NCBI GenBank assembly: GCA_048938005.1
Contig: JBHLMQ010000025.1
Location: 1 to 42,849 of the forward strand
Reading direction: 5' to 3'
DNA length: 42,849 nt
From: Promethearchaeota archaeon
GTDB taxonomy: Archaea; Asgardarchaeota; Lokiarchaeia; Sigyniarchaeales; SOKP01
Both the position numbers and the translations under genes were made by a program. The notes beneath the pieces were generated by a model, which was given only the letters and a program-made list of their open reading frames with translations, was not told where the DNA came from and did no database searches. This document shows, in pieces, positions 35,733-42,849 of the stretch; within the stretch, counting starts at the first letter, position 1; each line of letters begins with the position of its first letter.

Positions 35733-36205
35733 TGGAATCTAATCAATCAAATTTTAATCCATCAATTTTAGGAATTTTCTGTCATTGGTGTTCTTATGCG
35801 GGAGCTGATCAAGCAGGAACATCCCGAATGCAACGAGCCGCAAATTTAAGAATTATAAGGGTAATGTGTGGTGGTAGAATAACTCCCGAGTTTATTATTA
35901 CTGCACTAAAAGATGGGATTGATGGAATTTTAATTTCGCATTGTCATCCAGGTGATTGCCATTATGTCTCGGGAAATATTAAGACAATTAGACGAGTACC
36001 GTTACTCTTGTTATATTTAAAACAATTTGGAATTAATCCAAAAAGAGTTAAATATATTTTTGTTTCTGCATCTGAAGGTGCTAAATTAACGAGTGTAGTT
36101 AACGAATTTGTTGATGAATTAAAAATATTGGGACCAAGTCCGATAAGAAATCAAATTTCAAATTTAAATGAAAAAAATCTAAAAAATATAGTAAAAATAA
36201 CATAA
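35732..36205 (+). CDS. mvhD: Methyl-viologen-reducing hydrogenase delta subunit [2Fe-2S]
   Basis: FCHWCSYAGAD.AG..R, RVMCGGR, CHPGDCHY..GN, SASEG. TAATG overlap with hdrA. Confidence 0.95.
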   Translation: MESNQSNFNPSILGIFCHWCSYAGADQAGTSRMQRAANLRIIRVMCGGRITPEFIITALKDGIDGILISHCHPGDCHYVSGNIKTIRRVPLLLLYLKQFGINPKRVKYIFVSASEGAKLTSVVNEFVDELKILGPSPIRNQISNLNEKNLKNIVKIT

Positions 36206-36223
36206 AAAAGAGGAGGTTGTAAA

Positions 36224-36805
36224 TTGAAAACATTAACATTTGAAACGTTAGCGGATTCTAATATATTTACAAAATTAGATAACGATAAAAAATCAAAGAT
36301 TTTTGTTAAGGATTTTGAGTATTTATCGAAATTTTTTAACAGGTATTCAGTAGATTTCGCTACAATTGATTTAGGTTACATGAGTAATAGACAATTTAAT
36401 AAAACCTATTTATCAAAAGTCTTAAAAGAATCTGAAATTCCATATTTTACTATAGAACTACCTAATTATGTAAAAGAAAATATAGTTATCCAGATCGATG
36501 AGCTAAAAAACACTTATTATGAAATAAAAGCTACTTATGATGTTTTGACAGACAGGACTAACCCAACAGCACGTGAACTAAAATTATTGATGAACTATTA
36601 TTTAAATGAAATTAGAGAATTAAAGGCATATATAAACCAAAAAATAAAAACTGATTTAATTGTCAAAAAAATCGTAAACATTATTAAAGGACGAAACGCT
36701 AAATGTAATCTCGTACATTTTGGTAAAAAAAGTACGTTTAAAGCTTTAAATAGCAGACTAGAAGAAAAAAATATAGAATCCAAGATATTAACAGTAGAAT
36801 TATAA
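36224..36805 (+). CDS. Hypothetical protein within the hdr-mvhD operon
   Basis: 193 aa, TTG start after GAGGAGGT, separated from its neighbours by only 18 and 27 bp. Confidence 0.8.
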   Translation: MKTLTFETLADSNIFTKLDNDKKSKIFVKDFEYLSKFFNRYSVDFATIDLGYMSNRQFNKTYLSKVLKESEIPYFTIELPNYVKENIVIQIDELKNTYYEIKATYDVLTDRTNPTARELKLLMNYYLNEIRELKAYINQKIKTDLIVKKIVNIIKGRNAKCNLVHFGKKSTFKALNSRLEEKNIESKILTVEL

Positions 36806-36832
36806 TATTAATTTAAAGTTTAATTTGGAGTA

Positions 36833-37513
36833 TTGTTAAAAGTGTATCCTAGAGTAAAAAGACTTAACACTGATGAATTAAATGAAATAAATTTTAGTTT
36901 CTATACTGAAAGTTATTCCATAACAATAGATAAAGAGAAATGTATTGGATGTTGGCGATGTATAAAAGCTTGTCCAAATAATGCAATTCCTAATCCGAAG
37001 TTAGAGGGAAAAATAAGAATAAAAAGAAAGGATTTAATACCAGAAGCTCCAGATATTCAGAGATGCTCCTATTGTGGTACTTGTGCATATATTTGTCCAT
37101 TATCTGCAATATCATTAAAGTATAATGGAGAAGAAAAACCCATTAAAGAAATGGGCATTATAAAGAAAAAAGTTGTACCAAAATTAGACTATCAAATAGT
37201 CAGCTGCAATCAACAAGACATAAAAGTATATAATGAAGGTAAAATCAATATCGATTGGGATAAATGTATTTCATGCATGTCTTGTACGGAAGTATGTCCT
37301 TCTGGTGCTTTTTATAAACTTAAAAAAGGTCAAGATTCTATTAATTCAAATAATAAAAAAGTAGCGTTCGATGAAAATAAATGTATAAGTTGTGGAGCTT
37401 GTGTAAATTCATGCTCTAAAAAAGCTATAAGTTTAAATATTAATGATATTCACTACTCTGGTAATTTTAAACCAATTTTCTGGGAATCACTTTTAGATCG
37501 AATAAAGAACTAA
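36833..37513 (+). CDS. Polyferredoxin with four [4Fe-4S] motifs (FwdF/MvhB-like)
   Basis: CIGCWRCIKACP, CSYCGTCAYICP, CISCMSCTEVCP, CISCGACVNSCS. Confidence 0.9.
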   Translation: MLKVYPRVKRLNTDELNEINFSFYTESYSITIDKEKCIGCWRCIKACPNNAIPNPKLEGKIRIKRKDLIPEAPDIQRCSYCGTCAYICPLSAISLKYNGEEKPIKEMGIIKKKVVPKLDYQIVSCNQQDIKVYNEGKINIDWDKCISCMSCTEVCPSGAFYKLKKGQDSINSNNKKVAFDENKCISCGACVNSCSKKAISLNINDIHYSGNFKPIFWESLLDRIKN

Positions 37514-37613
37514 CTATAGCCAAATTTCTTAATTTATATTTTATAAAAAAAGTCGAAATTTTGTTTTAAAGAATTTTCATAAATGATCAAAAATCCAACA
37601 TATTTGCTAGAGA

Positions 37614-37716
37614 TTGATCACAATTCAAATGATTGTGACCGAAAAGAAAAATATTAAAGTAAAAAAAGTTTTCAATTTGAAACTTTTTATTTGAAAATAA
37701 TCAGAAATTGAAACTA
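37614..37716. promoter_or_regulatory. Inverted repeats / candidate operator upstream of the 66-aa gene
   Basis: TCACAAT-N7-ATTGTGA (37618-37638), AAAAAGTTTTCAATTTGAAACTTTTT (37663-37688) and AAATTGAAACT (37705-37715). TATA-like TTTATAA at 37757. Confidence 0.35.
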
Positions 37717-37827
37717 GAATGAACTGTGTTGTTTAAATTAACCTATAACCAATAGATTTATAAGCTAATATTCAGATTTTATATTTAGGTAAAAAGATTT
37801 AATAATAAAGAAAAAATTGGAGAAAAT

Positions 37828-38028
37828 ATGATTATGGTAGAAGCAATAATAAAAGCAGTAGAATTTGAAGATAAAGTGACTATTCCTAAATTTGATGTGG
37901 AAGACAAAAAGAATATTGATCAATATTTCAAATTAATGCTAGTCGGAACTCCACGTTTAAATTTTTTAATTACTGATAAAAAAGGAAAGAAACTTTATTC
38001 AAATATATTACACGTGGAAATGCGTTAA
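37828..38028 (+). CDS. Small hypothetical protein (66 aa)
   Basis: GGAGA leader, upstream TATA-like box, globular-looking sequence. Confidence 0.65.
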   Translation: MIMVEAIIKAVEFEDKVTIPKFDVEDKKNIDQYFKLMLVGTPRLNFLITDKKGKKLYSNILHVEMR

Positions 38029-38190
38029 TTATTTTCCATCATTTGAATGGAATTTAGTTATTCGGGATTTAGGGCCGAATTGGAGAATTCAGATCTCTAA
38101 AGAAAATTTTTTTAATTCTAATTTATTCAAAAAAGAATATTTGAATATACTTCGACTAAAAATTCTATAATAACATAAAAAAAATTTAAT

Positions 38191-40323
38191 ATGGAGTTAA
38201 CCCCAAATAGGATTTATGAAAATTATAGAGGAAAAACTCTTAATGAAGGAGACACTATCAAATTTTTATTGGATATCATTGAAAATGCAGAGGATAATGC
38301 CATTAAAAAAGAATCTATTAAAGTTTTAAATAAAATTGATTTTAAAAATAAAAACATTTTCAAGATATTAGAATATATCCTTATTTCTGAAGAAAATGAT
38401 GATTTAAGATTATTTGCAGCGCATATCATAAAGGAAAAATATCCAAATAAAGCCATAAAACCTTTTCTTTGGGCTTTAAAACATGAGAAATCTTATAATT
38501 TTCAGATAACTATAATTAAAACTCTAAGAGATCTTAATGATGATAAGGTTATCAAAGTATTATCTAATGAACTGAATAGAATAAGTTCTAGAGAGTATGG
38601 ATCGTATTTTTACATTAATAAAAAAAATTCCAAACTATTTTCGAGTAATGAGTTAGGAAATATTCTTATAAACCAAATTACAATTAGATATCTTAAGAAA
38701 AAATTTAACAAACTCAAATTTTTAGAAGAGAACGGATTCATTACCCACTTAGATTTTTCTGATGTTGATAAACAAGTTATATATTGGCGAGATAGAGATG
38801 CTTTTCAGGATCATTCTGAAATACTTGGTATTGAAAATCTAGTACGATTAAAAAAAATTAAATTCTTCTCAATTCAATGGGCAATTAAGGATGAATTCAA
38901 TTTCAAAAGCTCAATTGCACTAATAAAAGCATTAGAAAGATTAAATAATAAAGCAGCGAAAGATGTATTAATAGATCTAGTAAGGGATATTGATGATAAG
39001 AAATTTAAATCTTCATTTAAACACTTTGCAAGAAAATTTGAAGATCTATCACTTTCGAAATTATCGGATATTTTTAGAAATTATTTAGCTTTTTCATATT
39101 TAAGAAAAAAATATCCAATTATAAATTATAAAATATCAAAAGGGGAAGTTATTTCAATTCATATAGAAAAAGTGCCTCTAGTTACATTTCCATGTTATAT
39201 CAAGTATTTTCGTTCACTTAGATCACTGATATTAAAACAGTGCTCTCTATATAAAATTAATAAATCAATTGCTTCGTTAATAAACTTGAAGGTCTTAGAT
39301 CTAGAAGGAAATAATCTAAAAGATATTAATAATTCAATAATATCGCTTACATCTTTAAAATTATTAAATTTAAGTAAAAATAGAATAGATAAAATACCAA
39401 ATTCTATAGCTACGCTCTCATCACTACTTCATTTAAATTTAGAAATGAATAATCTAACGCATCTTCCAAAATCAATTGGAAATCTCTCATCATTAAAATT
39501 TTTGAATGTATGTGGAAATAAATTAGAAAAAATCCCTTCCTCTATTGGAGCGCTTAAATCACTTCAATCTCTAAATCTAAAGCAAAATAAAATAATAAAT
39601 TTACCTGGATCTATTGGATTACTCTATTCACTTGAATTCCTTAACTTGAGCAATAATAAATTAGAAAAACTTCCAGATTCATTGAATTCAATTTCATCAC
39701 TTAAGGTTCTTAATCTGGAAGATAATAATCTTACGTTCCTTCCTGATTTAATAGTGTTATTAAATTCTCTTGAGGTTTTAAAAATAGGTTGGAATAATTT
39801 GGAAAATATTCCAGATTCTCTTGAAACCCTAAAGTCTCTTAAAAACTTTTATTTGAATAATAATAAGTTACAAAAGTTATCAAAATCAATTTGTATGATT
39901 AAATCTTTAGAATACTTAGATTTATCCCATAATAAACTAATAGTTTTACCAGAAGATTTTGGTGAACTTAAACTATTAAAAGTTCTTAAATTAACGGAGA
40001 ACCAGATTAAAACTCTTCCTGAATCAATTGGCTCACTTAATTCACTAGAAAAACTGTATTTAAGTGGTAACAATATTGAATTCTTGCCAGAAACAATAGG
40101 TTTATTAAGTTTTCTTAAGGAGATTTGGTTAATTGGAAATGAACTAAAAGATTTACCTAATTCTTTTACAAATTTAAAATCTCTTAAAAAATTAAAGTTA
40201 AATGATAATTACTTCACAAAATTACCAAAAACCTTAATTGATATGCCTTCATTAGAAGAAATATCCCTAAATTGGAATAATTTAGAAAATATTAATGATT
40301 TTCCAGATTCTATAAAATATTAA
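38191..40323 (+). CDS. HEAT-repeat plus leucine-rich-repeat protein
   Basis: N-terminal HEAT/PBS-like helices, then about 16 repeats of 23 aa with consensus L..L.L..N.L..LP.SIG.L.. Confidence 0.93.
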   Translation: MELTPNRIYENYRGKTLNEGDTIKFLLDIIENAEDNAIKKESIKVLNKIDFKNKNIFKILEYILISEENDDLRLFAAHIIKEKYPNKAIKPFLWALKHEKSYNFQITIIKTLRDLNDDKVIKVLSNELNRISSREYGSYFYINKKNSKLFSSNELGNILINQITIRYLKKKFNKLKFLEENGFITHLDFSDVDKQVIYWRDRDAFQDHSEILGIENLVRLKKIKFFSIQWAIKDEFNFKSSIALIKALERLNNKAAKDVLIDLVRDIDDKKFKSSFKHFARKFEDLSLSKLSDIFRNYLAFSYLRKKYPIINYKISKGEVISIHIEKVPLVTFPCYIKYFRSLRSLILKQCSLYKINKSIASLINLKVLDLEGNNLKDINNSIISLTSLKLLNLSKNRIDKIPNSIATLSSLLHLNLEMNNLTHLPKSIGNLSSLKFLNVCGNKLEKIPSSIGALKSLQSLNLKQNKIINLPGSIGLLYSLEFLNLSNNKLEKLPDSLNSISSLKVLNLEDNNLTFLPDLIVLLNSLEVLKIGWNNLENIPDSLETLKSLKNFYLNNNKLQKLSKSICMIKSLEYLDLSHNKLIVLPEDFGELKLLKVLKLTENQIKTLPESIGSLNSLEKLYLSGNNIEFLPETIGLLSFLKEIWLIGNELKDLPNSFTNLKSLKKLKLNDNYFTKLPKTLIDMPSLEEISLNWNNLENINDFPDSIKY

Positions 40324-40395
40324 TATCACTAATTCTTCAATTTCAATAACTTAATAAAAATATGAAGAGTATTTTTAAGTTTTCTAAAAAAGTAT

Positions 40396-41739
40396 CTAAT
40401 AAAACTCACAATCAGCTAAAATTTGTGAAATATCCATAACTTTAATAGGGGATTTATCTTCAGAAGCGACCTGAAATAAATTATTTTTACAGAAGACACA
40501 GGAACTTACAAGAACTTCTGCTGATGTTTCAATTGCTTCTTTTAAACGATCTTCTCGCATTCGAACCATACAAGCACGTGTTTCCGAAATTCTATCTCTT
40601 CCTACTTCAAGTGCCATATCTCCATATAAAGCTTTCACACCGCCTCCTGCACCGCAACACCAAGACATTTCTCTATTGTGCTTCATTTCAAATAATTTAA
40701 TTCCTTCAATTCTTCGAATAAGTTCTCTAGGTTCCTCAAAAACATTACAATATCTTCCTAAATGACATGGATCATGATAGGTTATGAGTAAAGGGTCATC
40801 TTTTGAACGTTTTGTATATCTAATTTTAAGATTTTTTTCTTTTACAATTTTTAAAGCATATTGAGTGATATGATATAAATCAAATCCAAGATTGTTGTTG
40901 GCAAATTTAGAATATTCAAGGGAAAACGTTGAGAAACAACCCGAACATGAAAAAACAACTTCTTTTACTCCACTTTTACGAATCATTTCATAATTATGCT
41001 TTACAAGGTCCATAGCTTCATCCTCTAATCCAGTTCGAAACAATACGGAGCCACAACATCTTTCTTCAGGAAAAAGTGTAAACTCAATGCCTAACTTCTT
41101 TAAAACTCGACTAGTGGCTGATACAAGTTCTTTATTTCGATAAGAAGATGTACACCCGACGAAATATCCAACAGAATACTCTCCTTTCTCTAATTCCGAA
41201 ATTTCAGGTCTCTGTATACTCCGTTCAAAAGCTTCAGCTCCTTCTTCGCAAACATTAATCCAATTAAATCTATCATCATGTTTTTCTAGAAATGGATTAT
41301 TATTTTCCATGATCGACCCTTTAAGGATTTTCAATTTTTCAGGCATTGCCCCTTTTTTTACTACTTTTTTCCTAAAATTCTGGAAAACACTTAATGTATC
41401 CACTTGAACTGGGCAGACAACTTTACAATTACCACATAACATGCAACGAAAAACTGAAGGAATTATCTTTTCCTTGTCGAATTTTATATCCTTTCGATCC
41501 AACGCCTTGATGATTCTATTCCTCCCTCCAGCATAATCAGTTTCACACCAAGAGGTATTATAAACTTTACAAACATGACGGCAATAACCACAATGAGTAC
41601 ATCGCTCATAAGATTTTTCGTCTTTAAATTTATCTGAAGGCTCGACTAAATTGTCTCTTGATGGAGACACTAAACCTGCTACAGGTGGACCAGAAGTTAT
41701 TACATTTTTTAAATCATTTTTACCTTTTCCTTCACTCAT
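40396..41739 (-). CDS. Fe-S oxidoreductase with two CCG domains (GlcF/GlpC/HdrD family)
   Basis: CTHCGYCRHVC, CMLCGNCKVVCP, YFVGC..RCCG..CSGC, YHDPCHLGR..CCGAGGG..CVFC. Confidence 0.92.
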   Translation of the reverse strand: MSEGKGKNDLKNVITSGPPVAGLVSPSRDNLVEPSDKFKDEKSYERCTHCGYCRHVCKVYNTSWCETDYAGGRNRIIKALDRKDIKFDKEKIIPSVFRCMLCGNCKVVCPVQVDTLSVFQNFRKKVVKKGAMPEKLKILKGSIMENNNPFLEKHDDRFNWINVCEEGAEAFERSIQRPEISELEKGEYSVGYFVGCTSSYRNKELVSATSRVLKKLGIEFTLFPEERCCGSVLFRTGLEDEAMDLVKHNYEMIRKSGVKEVVFSCSGCFSTFSLEYSKFANNNLGFDLYHITQYALKIVKEKNLKIRYTKRSKDDPLLITYHDPCHLGRYCNVFEEPRELIRRIEGIKLFEMKHNREMSWCCGAGGGVKALYGDMALEVGRDRISETRACMVRMREDRLKEAIETSAEVLVSSCVFCKNNLFQVASEDKSPIKVMDISQILADCEFY

Positions 41740-41851
41740 TTAAGATTATCTCTTTTTTAGTTGTTGTTGTATTTAAAATGTAATTAATTTTTATTAAATA
41801 TAATCGTTATATATTATTCATCTTTATCTTGATTTAGTTTTATCAATTAGA

Positions 41852-42849
41852 CTACTTTAATTTAAATATTTTATACAATAGCTTTGCTGTCCTAAAAAGT
41901 AATGCTACTCTCCAAAATTTCATTCTTGCTTTAATTAATCTATACGAATTGAATAAGTGTTTTGGGTCTAATTTATCCTTTAGAATCTTCCATTTCCTTA
42001 CTTCTTCTCGTTTATATTTTAATAAGTAAAATGTATTGACAATACCAATAGTATATAGTCTATCTCCTTGATTGAATGCGTGAACCGTTAAATCATGTAA
42101 AAAAGCCTTAACCGCGAAAAATTCGATAGTTCTATCGATATCAGTTAGACCAAAAATTTTTACTCTTGTCCAGCCTTTTTCTCCTGAAATTGCATAGGAA
42201 GCGGTGGGAAATTTAAAATTCTTATTTTTTTTACTATATAATTCCATAAACTTTTTTAATCTCTTATCAGAGATCCAATATTCTTGGAATATCAAGTTTC
42301 TTGTTGAAGATCCTATTGATACCTCAGCGTCACTAATATCACGCCACTTTTCTTTTAAATAAGAACTCTCTATCTCTATACAATCTATCTTGGATGCATG
42401 GTATTTAACATCTGATATACTTTTTGAAGTTAATTCAGGAGTATCATAATATACTGCCCAAACAATCCATTCTTCTTTTGGAAAAGCAATATGTGAATAT
42501 TTTTCAAAATTTCTTTCTGAAATTGAAAGAAATAACGGTTTATTGGGTAGATCCTCTTTTACTGTTAAATAAAAATTTATGGCTTGGTCGATTGAGTTAA
42601 ATCCATAACCTATTATTTCTAATGAAGTCTTAAGGGTGGTAATAGATAATTCAACACTAGCTATTGCTCCAAATATGCCATATGTTCCTACCAGATCTGA
42701 AATATCTATTTCTTGATTAGAATCCCTCGAAATTTTGATTACTGAACCATCTGGTTTAACAAGATCTAAAGAGATAATTGTAGATTCCATTGTTCCATAT
42801 TTAACTACGCCGATGCCTGCTTTTCCTGGAGTTGCAATAAAGCCTCCTA
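41852..42849 (-). CDS. FAD-binding (PCMH-type) oxidoreductase, GlcD/D-lactate dehydrogenase-like, 5'-truncated by the window edge
   Basis: The frame stays open upstream of 42790 to the edge (GGFIATPGKAGIGVVKYGT). It has GTYGIFGAI and C-terminal LKDKLDPKHLFN, and lies upstream of the CCG protein. Confidence 0.88.
   Translation of the reverse strand, partial: GGFIATPGKAGIGVVKYGTMESTIISLDLVKPDGSVIKISRDSNQEIDISDLVGTYGIFGAIASVELSITTLKTSLEIIGYGFNSIDQAINFYLTVKEDLPNKPLFLSISERNFEKYSHIAFPKEEWIVWAVYYDTPELTSKSISDVKYHASKIDCIEIESSYLKEKWRDISDAEVSIGSSTRNLIFQEYWISDKRLKKFMELYSKKNKNFKFPTASYAISGEKGWTRVKIFGLTDIDRTIEFFAVKAFLHDLTVHAFNQGDRLYTIGIVNTFYLLKYKREEVRKWKILKDKLDPKHLFNSYRLIKARMKFWRVALLFRTAKLLYKIFKLK

Noticed and set aside
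15127-36205. Methanogenesis as the lifestyle implied by hdr/mvh/fwd
   Set aside because: No mcr or mtr genes are in the window, and these modules are widespread in non-methanogenic anaerobic archaea.
5824-40073. Other short overlapping track ORFs (e.g. 5824, 6185, 6773, 8761, 9964, 12430, 14084, 15375, 16379, 17646, 18541, 22128, 23847, 28437, 29316, 29954, 30090, 36598, 38223, 39849)
   Set aside because: Each lies within or opposite a well-supported gene and shows no motif of its own.

Overview
AT-rich archaeal chromosome segment, most likely an Asgard archaeon of the Lokiarchaeia. This is an inference from longin-like proteins, a Loki-CTERM-type sorting tail, HEAT-LRR and SIR2-TPR proteins, and a BHB-intron tRNA. 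The backbone is anaerobic energy metabolism: two oppositely oriented heterodisulfide-reductase operons (hdrCBA, cut off at the left edge; hdrCBA-mvhD-unknown-polyferredoxin), an elongated mvhG with no large subunit in the window, hypE/D/F, a lone fwdA, mobA, and a GlcD/GlcF-like pair at the right edge, plus purF and cysS. Several features are missing from the ORF track. (1) An intron-containing tRNA-Cys(GCA) with a class-II-like long variable arm lies directly upstream of cysS. (2) A 5' extension of the coiled-coil gene needs an ATA start. (3) There is a histidine-kinase remnant and two micro-ORFs. The most interesting candidates are the long-arm tRNA-Cys/CysRS/thiouridylase locus, a head-to-head pair of claudin-like four-TM proteins, a longin-membrane-longin cassette next to an asymmetric tandem OsmC protein, and the unusual Hdr-Mvh module. 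All assignments come from motif recognition by eye; no searches were run.
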